Assembly: GCF_001194135.2 (NCBI RefSeq)
Contig: NC_068995.1
Coordinates: forward strand, 38,757,339-38,821,338
Direction: 5' to 3'
DNA length: 64,000 nucleotides
From: Octopus bimaculoides
Lineage: Eukaryota
Part shown: piece by piece, positions 10,850 through 21,339 of the stretch
Layout: the number at the start of each line of letters is the position of its first letter
Numbering within the stretch: the first letter of the stretch is position 1
Program-made: the position numbers and the translations under genes
Notes under the pieces: model-generated
Database searches by the model: none
Told to the model about the DNA's origin: nothing
What the model saw: the letters and a program-made list of their open reading frames with translations, nothing else

Positions 10850-12190
10850 GATAAAGTTAAAATATATGGTCTGGGCTTTACGTTATTTATCATGGTATTT
10901 TAGCATTAAAAAGTATTTTGTAATATTCATAATGTTCAATTGGCGTTTTCATGCGTTCGTATTAATCATCAAATTTCAACATTTATTCAACTAACAGTTG
11001 AGTTTTTGACAACTGTAATAATTGTTAGAACGCTCAAACGAGCTGAATGTTTGCAAAAATGTTTTGACCAATCCTCATGCAGTTTAAACATCATGGTTTG
11101 CCTGACGTACCGATAATCTATGTTTATATTCATATGTTAAAGACATTTTTTAATTCACATCATTAACTGATTGCTGTATGCTTGATATGTCCTTTCGGAA
11201 CAGGTTTGAACATTTCAATAAACCGTTTTTCTTTTATCTTTCTTCCAACCTCTCTTGTGTCATGTTGTTTATGGAAAGGAAAAATTAGAAATATTTTCTG
11301 ACCACATATCTCTATATGCTCGGTCAATGATATTTGGTGAACATTCTTGTTCCAGATTTGTTGTCTGTAGACTCGTGAGCGTTCCGATTATGCATTCCCT
11401 GTCTTGTATATATATGCAATTCCACGCAATTTGGGCATTTAATGCAGTACTTCAAATATGTGCTTTTGCAGTTCATATCTGCATTAGTGTAGACCTGTCT
11501 ATTCTTCGTTCTAATGGATCTACCGGTAGGCATGTATTAATACGTTCCACATCTGTTATCATTACACTTGGTTACTGTACATGTTTAATCCTGTTCGTTC
11601 ATGTTGAATTTTGCCTTTCTTTAGGTTCGATGGTTGCCTTTTGCTTAAAATAAGTGTTTGATTAGTTATCGTGCTTTTTAATTTTTCACCGTTTTATGAT
11701 TAGTAAATTTGTTTTGATGATGTTAAAAATATTTTGGTGATGCGGATTGCGTGTTACTGTAACGGTATTGTATTCCATTTATGGGTTCGTCTTTTTCGGG
11801 TTGCCCTAAGTTGTTCTATAGTTATCTCATTTCCTCGTTGCATGATATTTTCTATAATTAGGGAAGTGTAATTTTACTTGCGCAGAAATACTTTCATCTA
11901 CTATAGTACAAATTTTCGTGGCTAGACAGTTAGGGATGATGCGTTTTCTGTGGTATGATTTGAAATTCAGTTACTGGTGTGTAACTGTGCTTTCGTAATA
12001 AATATAAGTTGTGATTGTGGTACTGCTTTTAACTACCATTATATCAAGAAATGGTAATTATGTGTTGCTCATTTCTCTTGCGAATTTGAGATAAGGTATA
12101 GATTGTTGAGGAGGGTGCTGAATTCTTCCAAATGTTCTAGGGATTTGGTCCAAATTAGGATGTTAAAACATGGTCGCGTTATCTTTCTTC
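10850..12190 (-). mobile_element. Penelope-like element (Neptune-type), decayed: RT C-terminus, Cys-rich linker, GIY-YIG endonuclease, 3' tail
   Basis: Minus-strand remnants read WTKSLEHLEEFSTLLNNL..LPFLDIMVVK..IPNCLATKICTIVD, MNCKSTYLKYCIKCPNCVEL and ISLTEHIEICGQKIFLIFPFHK..KEKRFIEMFKP. There are many stops and frameshifts. Confidence 0.85.
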
Positions 12191-12214
12191 AAAACTCACT
12201 TGTGTCAAGGAGTG

Positions 12215-13022
12215 TGTGAAAAGGAATCTATTAACAATGACAGTATTAACAATGGCAAACTTTGACATGAACAACCAGGATGTATCATTTACAGTATCCA
12301 AATTTAATGGTAACAGATATGGAAAGTGTCAATACATGCATAATGTTAGACGCGTTAGGACAAACAATGGACACATTTTCACAAATGCAGGCATGAACTG
12401 CAAAAGCAGAAATTAGATCTACTGCATTACATGTCCGAATTACGAGGAACTATATAGACGAGACAGGAATGCATTACCGGAAAGCTCCGAGTACACAGAC
12501 ATCGAATCCGGAACATGAATGTTCGCCAATTTCATTGACCGAAGATATAGAAACATGCGGTCAGAAAATGTTTCTAATTTTTCCTTTACACAAACTTAAT
12601 GACACATGTGAGTTTGGAAGAAAGGCAAAAGAAAAACGGCTTATTAAAAAGTTCAAACTTGTTCCGAACGGAAATACCACCAATAATATAACAATCAGTT
12701 AATGATGTGAATTTAAGAAAAAAAATCTTTAACATATGAATATAAGCAAATTACAGAATATCGGTACGCCCGTCAAACCATGCTTTGTAAGCTGCATGAG
12801 GATTGGTTAAAAACGCATAACCAAAAATCAGCTTGTTTGAACGTTCTATGAGGTACTATAGTTGTCAAAAACTCAACTGCCTGTTAAATTAATTTTGAAA
12901 TCTATTTATTACTACGAACTTACGAAAGCACTAAGTGAACTATATGAAAATTACAAAATACATTTTTAAATGTAAAATACCATAACAAAAAACGTGAAAA
13001 CCAGACCATACCTTAACTTTAT
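12215..13022 (+). mobile_element. Inverted partial copy of the same Penelope-like element (GIY-YIG region and 3' tail)
   Basis: MNCKSRN*IYCITCPNYEEL and ISLTEDIETCGQKMFLIFPLHK..KEKRLIKKFK. Its tail ends CCAGACCATA..TTAACTTTAT, the reverse complement of 10850-10874. Confidence 0.85.
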
Positions 13023-13117
13023 TCGCCGTACATTTTTGAATTTTGAATTTCCATTATTTTCCTAGTAAAAAGAGATATAATTATATTTAATGTTCAATAA
13101 TATATAGTATATTTATG

Positions 13118-13156
13118 TAACTCACAAATGCTTTTTCTTCTTTTATCTACTTATAG
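13118..13156 (+). promoter_or_regulatory. Branch point, polypyrimidine tract and 3' splice acceptor upstream of the GPCR coding exon
   Basis: TAACTCACAAATGCTTTTTCTTCTTTTTATCTACTTATAG, with AG at 13155-13156, 36 nt before the ATG. Confidence 0.65.
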
Positions 13157-13192
13157 TTGACTCATTAATGAATATTCAACCACCAAACTGCA

Positions 13193-14179
13193 ATGAATTC
13201 GTCAGCTACACATGCATTGGAACCAGACGAGTTTGCGAAAATCAGCTTCGTTCTGCGACAGTATTTCATGCCTTCTGCGATTATATTTGGCATGACGACA
13301 AACATATTAACCGCCATATTGTTCAAAAAATTTCACAGTAAGGAAAGTAAAATTGCTCCGTTGTTGATGGCCATCGCTATTGTTGATACAATATACTTAT
13401 TTTGTCTTCTCCTCACATGGATCGAATCCTTTTCTGTGGACATCTACGAAGCTCCCGGCCTGTGCCAAATTCAAGTATTTTGCAGTCATTACTTTGCTTT
13501 CCTTTCCTTTTGGTATTTGGCGTGGATTGTGTTTTTAATAATTTTTTCCTCTCTTGCTCCAAATAAATATCATTCTATGCGTTCTTCTGGAATGGTTACG
13601 CTGTGTTTTGTCGGAATAACTATTTTCGCATTTACAGGATACTTATATAAGACCTGGACCTTCGGGACAAGTGAAATATACGGTAGGAAAATGTGTACAA
13701 TAATTACAGGAACTCAGTCAGCAATGAAACTAATATATGTACTTGATACATTTTTCATGTCCATATGTCCTTCGGCAGTTTTTGTCATTTTCCATATTAT
13801 GTTGCTTCTGCGTTGCGTACGCTTACCACTTTACTCGACAGATACAAGCAATGACCACAGCATAACTAATGGGACAGAGGAATACCGGCTTGTTGTAGCT
13901 CTGACCGTTTTATACTACATTTTTATTTTTCCAAATATTGTTTCACAAACCTTCAACTTCATGGAAACAGTGTACAATAAAGAAATAATTTCATTATTCA
14001 ATATTTTCCAACAACTTTTCAATGCTTATTTTGCTCTGAAGCCGATAGTATATGTATTTTTCTCATCGAGTTATAGGCAAGCGTTTGTTAATTGCCTCAA
14101 GTCTTTGTGCAGAAATCTGTCGTGCCAATCGAGTAAAACACGTGTAATCGCTGTCCCAACGGACGAAACGACAGTGTAA
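13193..14179 (+). CDS. Class A (rhodopsin-like) orphan 7TM GPCR, FMRFamide/sex-peptide-receptor-like group, 328 aa, single coding exon
   Basis: Intact ORF with seven hydrophobic segments. Motifs: TM1 G-M-T-T-N, TM2 AIAIVD, Cys at the start of TM3 (GLCQ) and in ECL2 (KMCT), TM3 SFW, TM5 D...P, TM6 F-P, TM7 KPIVY followed by helix 8 YRQAF. There is an N-terminal N-glycosylation sequon (NSS) and a purine at -3 of the ATG. Confidence 0.93.
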   Translation: MNSSATHALEPDEFAKISFVLRQYFMPSAIIFGMTTNILTAILFKKFHSKESKIAPLLMAIAIVDTIYLFCLLLTWIESFSVDIYEAPGLCQIQVFCSHYFAFLSFWYLAWIVFLIIFSSLAPNKYHSMRSSGMVTLCFVGITIFAFTGYLYKTWTFGTSEIYGRKMCTIITGTQSAMKLIYVLDTFFMSICPSAVFVIFHIMLLLRCVRLPLYSTDTSNDHSITNGTEEYRLVVALTVLYYIFIFPNIVSQTFNFMETVYNKEIISLFNIFQQLFNAYFALKPIVYVFFSSSYRQAFVNCLKSLCRNLSCQSSKTRVIAVPTDETTV

Positions 14180-14359
14180 AATAAAACAGAATTGTTACAA
14201 GATATATAACAATTATTGTGTTCATAGCTTATCCAATATATCTAATGGGTCCATTATATCCTGAAAAATGAAATCAATATTCATCCCTCCGAGATAAACA
14301 TACGAATGTTTATGCATTGAAGCAGATTCACGGAATTATCGAAATATTTACACAGAATG

Positions 14360-14373
14360 AATAAATAAATAAG
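14360..14373 (+). terminator. Candidate polyadenylation signal(s) for the GPCR
   Basis: Overlapping AATAAATAAATAA about 180 nt after the stop, followed by T-rich sequence. Another AATAAA lies immediately after the stop codon. Confidence 0.35.
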
Positions 14374-17300
14374 GGAAACTTAGTTCATGCAACTGGACAA
14401 AGGATTCTTTTCCATGTGGTGTTTAATGTAAAATTCGAAAGAAAGTACTTTACAATCGTTACTTTTAAAGGACATATAAAATCACTTTAATGGCTGTCTC
14501 AAAGATGTTCAAAAAAGATAGTATAAAATTACAAAAAGATAGTATCTAAATTGATACCATGCCAACGGAATTCTTAAAATACACACACTCTCTCTTGTCC
14601 CCTCTCTTCACACACACACACACACATACACACACACGCAAGTATATATATNNNNNNNNNNNNNNNNNNNNNNNNNNNNNNNNNNNNNNNNNNNNNNNNN
14701 NNNNNNNNNNNNNNNNNNNNNNNNNNNNNNNNNNNNNNNNNNNNNNNNNNNATATATATATATATATATATATATAAAACTCCTCATTTCGGACATTTAT
14801 AAATGATTTTGTGAATATTCTTTTAATCTTTTTATCGCTATGTGAAATCTATAGAAAAGGATTTTTAACCTAATTTACATAATGTATTGAACTTTAACTG
14901 ATATAAGTCTCCTTTGGTAACCGGTCTGACACTGTTTTATTCTTTCGATTAAATTCCCTTTATATAATTTAGTTCAATATTTTATATCTTTTTATATTGA
15001 TAATGTGCTTATGGATTATGCCCAAACATTCTTTGTTTTTATTGTTGAATATGTTTCTGTTTATTTCTTGGAACACGTTCACAGTAATTGTAGGAAATGG
15101 CTTATGAAACGTTTATCAAACTAATAATTACAGAAACAAGTATTTTAAACAAAATACATTGGCGTCTAGTCAGGAAGCCACATCAGTAATAATATTTTTG
15201 GTGAATGTGTCGCTCTGGCAACATTATGTATATGGACATATTGTCGTGCAATATTTAATTTTCTCCTATCTATCTCGGTATCGACGTTGCTCTCAATCAT
15301 TCAGCATTGAATCAATAAGTAACAACCATGTACCAAGGAGAATGTTTTCGAATCTGTGTCATAGAAACCAGTGTGAAAAAATAAAATAATCACTGTTGCT
15401 GTAATTGGCATAAGTCACGTAGTAAATATTTATGTTGAGATGTGGGAATGTAACATAAAAACATACAAATTACTATTTACCATTAGTGAGGTCTTGTTTC
15501 ATCCTAAATTATAATTACACTAAAGTTTACTTCGACCTTCCATCCAAGTGAGTATGATACATTAGTACCAATAACAAGTGTCAAGTCATTTATTCTCACA
15601 ATTGTCCATTGTAACACTCTGGTAAATTTTATAACTTTACATGAAAATAAGAAGCCAGTATCGGATTTACCAAAAATCAGCATTTGAAAAAATATGAATT
15701 CCTGCTCAAATGCAATACCTGAATATTTTTTCACAACATAACTTCCATATTTATATAATGAGAAAGAAATGCAGAGAAAGACAATTTGGCAAAGACCTTA
15801 ATACAGGAGATTTGACTCTAAGAACTGAAAAATGCGTGTTGCTTTATATAGTTAGACACGAAGGGTGTAATTCCCTAAGTACTTCAAGACCATATTAAAC
15901 CGGTATTCATCAATAAATGGATTGCTATTTATTCATAAGTTGTTCATGAAATCCTTTGCATGTCTGCTTGCTTATCATTTCTTGATACAGAATTTCGAAA
16001 ATAATTAAATCTAATAAATTTTTGAGAGCCTTTTGTAATTTTTGACAATAAGCTTTGTATTATGTCAATCATATATTCGAAAATGTATATGCCATTTTCT
16101 GTTCCTGAAATTTAATAAACACAGAAACACCTGGTTGTAAAATCTATTAAAAATTTAAATTGTAAAGCGGAAACAATATCGTTTGGAATCTGATGTCAAC
16201 TGCAGAACGTTATCAACCGGAAAAGTATCGTTTAACATTTATAGGCTCTTATTAAGAAATTCGAGTGTATGTCAACATGAAGGAAATTTTTAGTGTATAA
16301 ATATTTTAGCAATGTTGAGATCTAAGATTTTCTTGAGGTATAATACTTGAGGGAACACTCTATAAACATTATATGAGCAAATGAAATGATAAATATTGTA
16401 GGTGGCTTTGATATGAACCAGTTAATAATGCGTTGTGAATGTTCAATTTAGGCTACGTACTTTAATGAGTATCTTAATTGACATTATAGCTGCAGCTTAT
16501 GACGAATGGAGGCTCTCTAGAGATGTAATTCTTGACAAAATAAAATCCAGTCTTCAACCAATGTACTTGTGATACATGAGACTGGAGACAGCTGTTATCA
16601 GTACTCTCAAATCTCTGGACACATATATCGTACTCAGTTCTCTTGAATCCACAGATAGATAAACCGTTTGCCCCAAATTAAATGAAACGTTTGGGTGTTA
16701 TGAATGATATTAAGTCTAATTTAGTAAGCAATATGATATTGATGATCTTTTATTGCAGAAGATTATCTTCTTTAAATTTATACCAATGGTCATGTATTTA
16801 CTGATTACGAGGAATAAACCGTGGTTTCTAAATTGTTGATTTTGATATGTTTCTTATGTAAGAGAATGATATATTCATTTCTTCGACGAGAAATATTTTT
16901 CGTAACAGTAACGAATATGAAATCCAGTCATATCAGCATCACATATTTCATGAATATATTTTTATATTTTGTTATATTATTATCCCCATAATTAGCATTA
17001 TAGCATACGAAACGCAATACTCGGAGAGCATAATTTGTGACGTATAGACTGATTCACTTATCACATATATGCCTGAGTGAAAGAGTGTTTATATAGATAT
17101 GTGGCATACTTGTCATCGAAAATCTCACGTCATATTTCAGAGGAAATTTGTACTGTTAATAAAGTGAAAAATTTCATGGCGGTTCCTATATTTTATATTT
17201 TAACTTTGGATGTACAAAAATTTTGTTCTCATGTTATATGCCCTCAGAGAACACATTATTAAAAATAGAAACAGTTATAACGCTAAATTATAAGAATAAA

Positions 17301-17564
17301 TGTATCTATTGTAATTTTTCAGTTATATTAAATACGAAATGAATTTCGTTTCCTCTAACCGCCTGCGTTGCCAGTCATTGTATTTTGTTACTGATATTTA
17401 CCAATATACATTAAAAAATGACATAAGAACTTGATGTTTGAAATAACAGAATATTTACGTGTTATTATCTTATAGCTAAGGTCAAAGATTTGCGATCGGT
17501 TAGGAAATGGTAACAAATTTACGAGCTGAATAATATACAGTCAATCATAACATGTTTTAAAATT

Positions 17565-17671
17565 ATGAATAGATATAAGTCTAATCTTCCATTCCTTTCA
17601 TGGATGGTAACTTTGTGCTTCATTTTATTTCAATTTAGACATATTGTTGTTTCGAATTCACCACCAAGATT
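17565..17671 (+). CDS. Candidate first coding exon: signal peptide followed by NSPPR(F/L), cadherin-like start
   Basis: MNRYKSNLPFLSWMVTLCFILFQFRHIVVS-NSPPR, then tt|GTACGT donor. The ATG has A at -3. No downstream exon was found. Confidence 0.3.
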
Positions 17672-18619
17672 GTACGTCTCCGAGTCCAAAACAATATATA
17701 AAAATTGGAACAATAACTTCCATTTAACATTCTCGATAAACATCTTTGAACAGGACGAAGCAATATGAAACTATTTTCATTTAAACTGCGTAATTAACAT
17801 CTCACGAAACATATCTAATGTAGAACTTACACCATGAAGGTTTATGGGATGGAAAATAACACGATTTTATTTTTGTTTTACATTGGAAATCTGTGTCCGA
17901 AACTTGCCAACAGCGGAGTTTTTATATTGTCATCAGTTCTCAGTCAGAGAGATGTAGTCTTCAAATAGGTAACCCACCAAATTGTAAGAAGATATTTGGC
18001 AAGTAATTCACGAGATACCTGGGAAATGGATGTATATTTGCTGTAACTGTCTCTCATAATAAATACGATTTATATTCTACGCTAATTTGCTGAATTAAAA
18101 ACGAGAAACAAGTCATAGCTGAAAAGTTTTACTCGACATTGATGTGCCTGACGTTGTTTGCTCTATGTATGATTTCTTACCATTAATTGAGAATATCATT
18201 AAATGAAAAGAAAAAAAAACGCATTGACAAAGAGCAAATCAGTTTAGAACTCAAATAAAGAAGCGCGATATGGAGTTTATCATTCAAAATACAACAGAAA
18301 CCAAATATAATCATATTTTATATGTTACCGGAAATTGATTAATATATTTTAGAATGCAGGTAATACGGTGGCATTGAAATAATAAAATACATTGGAGATC
18401 ATTAATACGTTTTATTGTTATTATTGATAATTAAATACTTATTTTTTTATCACAATTATTCGTCTAGAAATCTATGCTTACGTGACATATCTCTCTCTAC
18501 ATGTGGAGGTCTTTATTTAAGATACAGTGTTCAAGATATCCATTATTTCACTGTATAAAGAAGCGCATTATTTTTCATACACAAACACACTCACAAACAC
18601 ATACATACACACACAAATA

Positions 18620-19257
18620 CGAGTGGGTACCCAAAAGAAACCGGGATTTTGTAAAATTATTTTGAGCTTACATATTTATCACCTTCAAAGCCTTCTTCAT
18701 TTGAGGAAATGAATCTTTTTAGATGTGTTTTCCGCTGTTCGAAGAAGTCTTGAATGCGAAAGTATGCCCTTTTTCTTTCTTCACCTCTTCCACATTTAGA
18801 AAACATTTTATTTTAAGGACTTTTTTCCATTCGGAGGAACATAAAATGTCACAGGGAGCAAGATCGAGCGAATAAGAACTGTCAAGTAAAATGTCTGGTT
18901 AATAGTTTAACAGGAGGAACAAATTCTGTGTGGATAATTCCTTTCGCATCGATAAAACAAATCAGTATCTTCTTGACATTGGGTATCAATTGACACGCTT
19001 TTGTGGGACGTGGTGATATTGAACGCTTCCATTGCCTCGTTTCCGAGTCGTAGTAGTAGCACCATCTTTTGTCACCAGTGATGACCTTCGAATAGAAGTC
19101 TGGATCAACTTCCAGCAGTTCTTTCAGTTCACGACACACACTCAGTTGTGATTGCATTTGATCGTTCGTGAACAATCGAGGCACACATTTTGTGCAAGTG
19201 TTTTCATTCGCAATTCCACGTTCAAAATTCGTTGGCAGGAGCTCCAGGACACACTAG
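18620..19257 (-). mobile_element. mariner transposon remnant, internally deleted
   Basis: TA+CGAGTGGGTACCCAAAAGAAACCGGG TIR at 18618. Minus-strand remnants are PRLFT..Q..VCRELK, VITGDKRWCYYYDSET, SYSLDLAPCD and ISSNEEGFEGDK. Confidence 0.88.
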
Positions 19258-20084
19258 TCATATCTATTAATAACACGCACCAAGTATGGATTCAGGACAT
19301 CCGTATACCTCAAGCCGAACTTCACTAGACGATACCATAACCTCAATTCCCACCAGCCATACAGTGTAAAGAGAGGAATTGCTCAGTGCCTAAAACATCG
19401 AGCAAAGAATATAAGTAGCGATCGTGATACCCACCACGAAGAAATGATCAAGCTCAGTAACAAGCTATTCAGCAGCAACTACCTCCAAATCATACCATCT
19501 ACTCCAGTTCTGAGGAAAAGAGAAGATGCAACCAACAAATTGTCTACAGTCTGCCTGCCCTATATGAAAGGCCTCTCTGAAAAAATATACAAAAGATATG
19601 CGGCCCATATGACATCAGGACAGTATTCAAGAGTAATAAAACACTTCACAAATATCTCCTTCGGGTAAAAGCACCAATAGAAGGGAATATGACCAAAAAC
19701 TGCGTGTACTCCATCTCACGCAGCTATGGTAGGTTATACAAAGTAAGGGTACACAAACATCGAAAAGCTATGACAGGAGGAGATATTGATAAATCGGGTA
19801 TAGCTGATCATGTATGAAAAAATGGGGACCACCTTCCCCTGTGGGATTAAGTTAAAATTATAGACACAGAACACCACTGGAAAATACGAAAATTAAAAGA
19901 AGCAGCACATATGCTAGGACACAACAACCTCCTAAGCAGACCGAGTGCCGATATGAATAGCATATGNNNNNNNNNNCCGAGTGCCGATATGAATAGCATA
20001 TGGAAACCGGTATTAAGGAAGGATAGGAAAATATTAGATTTATAAGCCCTAAAATTCACTGCATAATTGCCCACTTGCATATAG

Positions 20085-20140
20085 GGTAGTGGTTAAGAGC
20101 GCGGGCTACTAACTCCAACATTACGAGTTCGATTCCAGGC

Positions 20141-20141
<1 letters not shown>
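20085..20141 (+). ncRNA. tRNA-like Pol III promoter module inside the Penelope pLTR
   Basis: GTAGTGGTTAAGAGCGC (A-box-like), a CTACTAA loop resembling the tRNA-Ser CTGCTAA anticodon loop, and GAGTTCGATTCC (B box). It does not form a complete cloverleaf. Confidence 0.6.
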
Positions 20142-20172
<31 letters not shown>

Positions 20173-20232
20173 CAACAACAACAACAACAACCCTAACCCT
20201 AACCCTAAACCCAGGTTCGAAATTCCCCCAAG

Positions 20233-20411
20233 ACACCTGATGATGACTGAATCCATACTTGGTGCGTGTTATTTATAGATACGTGTTATTAATAGACATG
20301 ACTGCTGTGTCCTGGAGCTCCTGCCAACGAATTTTGAACGAGGAATTGCGAATGAATACACTTACACAAAATGTGTGCCTCGATTGCTGTATATCAGCCG
20401 AAACGTTGTGT
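20233..20411 (+). ncRNA. Minimal type I hammerhead ribozyme, interrupted in loop II by a 139-bp insert
   Basis: Stem I ACAC (20233-36) / GTGT (20408-11); core CTGATGA (20237-43); stem II GACTG/CAGCC (4 of 5 pairs); GAAA (20400-03); palindromic ACGT stem III; GUU cleavage triplet. Confidence 0.8.
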
Positions 20412-20529
20412 CAACAACTAACAAGATGTAAAATAATATAAATAAATGGAGACCTATTGCTGTCTGTTGTGAAAGACAAGGCTTAACTTCAAATGGTAGA
20501 ACAAAAGCCAAGCATACGTACTTGTACAT

Positions 20530-21339
20530 TGTCAACAGAATGTTTTCTTTCACAAAGCACCTTCAATCGTGATCTCAATGGGCTCGTCTTCTTTACAAAA
20601 GCCCTCGAGAAGGTCTTTTTGAACTGATCATTGATCAGGCTCAATGACATGTGAACGTTCGCAAATCTCTGCCAATAACTATTCGAGATGCCCGTTTCTT
20701 GTGCCGATTGGTAAGATGAAAAATGTATATATCTTTGTAATCCTCATAAGAGAAATAAATGTCTTCTTTCCAGTCTGGCTTCAGAACCTGTTGTTGAGCA
20801 AGAGTAGTTTGACAAGAATGTTATGTCTTGTGTTTAGTGGAATTTAGAGGGGATGTTGCACTTATTCCAGAATGTCATGCGGTCAACGCTAAAATTTATG
20901 AGCAACAGCTGCAGCGAGTAAATAATGCTTTAAAATACCCTGGTCCTACATCATGATTATATTTATGCACACGCTGCCAATGTGATAGTAGCAAAACTTG
21001 ATGAACTTGAGGGGCTGCAAGGGCTGCTTCATCCGACCATATGGTAACTGATGGTCCAGATCGTGAACGATCAGATTACTACATTTTCTGAGTCAGGAAT
21101 CATTTCCTACAGGTACCCAAGTTGAACGATGTGGATGAAGTTGAAAACTGGAGCAGGGAGTTTTATAGCTCCAAACCAGCCAAATGTTATGAGCGTTGAT
21201 TTAAGCCTCTAGCACAACAATACCAACATACATTGTAATATGAAGGAATATACTTTGCTAAATAAATCCTTTTTGTACGTAATTTCTTTGAACCATTAAT
21301 CAAAGTTTTAAATACAAAAAAGATTTTGACACAACCTGA
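20530..21339 (+). mobile_element. mariner transposon remnant (3' part), a different subfamily from the one at 18620
   Basis: Remnants read PFL..DEKCIYLCNPHKR, KNVMSCV*WNLEG, VNAKIYEQQLQRV and FYSSKPAKCYER..YEGIY. The 3' TIR TTTTGACACAACCTGA is followed by TA at 21340. The 5' boundary is approximate. Confidence 0.8.

Larger units (their letters stand above)
19258..20450 (+). mobile_element. 5'-truncated Penelope-like element (Poseidon/Penelope type): RT thumb, GIY-YIG and pLTR
   Basis: Remnants read LLITRTKYGFRTSVYLKPNFT, NSHQPYSVKRGIAQCLKHRAKNISSD, VCLPYMKGLSEKI, TKNCVYSI, KSGIADHV and IIDTEHHWKIRKLKEAAH. A 3' region with a hammerhead follows. Confidence 0.9.

Noticed and set aside
14905-14940. 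CTGATATAAG...CTGACAC as a possible hammerhead
   Set aside because: It lacks both the CTGANGA and GAAA cores, so it is too degenerate to call.
19941-20006. Tandem duplication CCGAGTGCCGATATGAATAGCATATG in the Penelope ORF end
   Set aside because: It flanks a 10-N gap, which is typical of an unmerged contig overlap.
20085-20141. Functional tRNA gene
   Set aside because: It has no acceptor stem or complete cloverleaf and is embedded in a retroelement. No true tRNA, rRNA or CRISPR array was found in the window.
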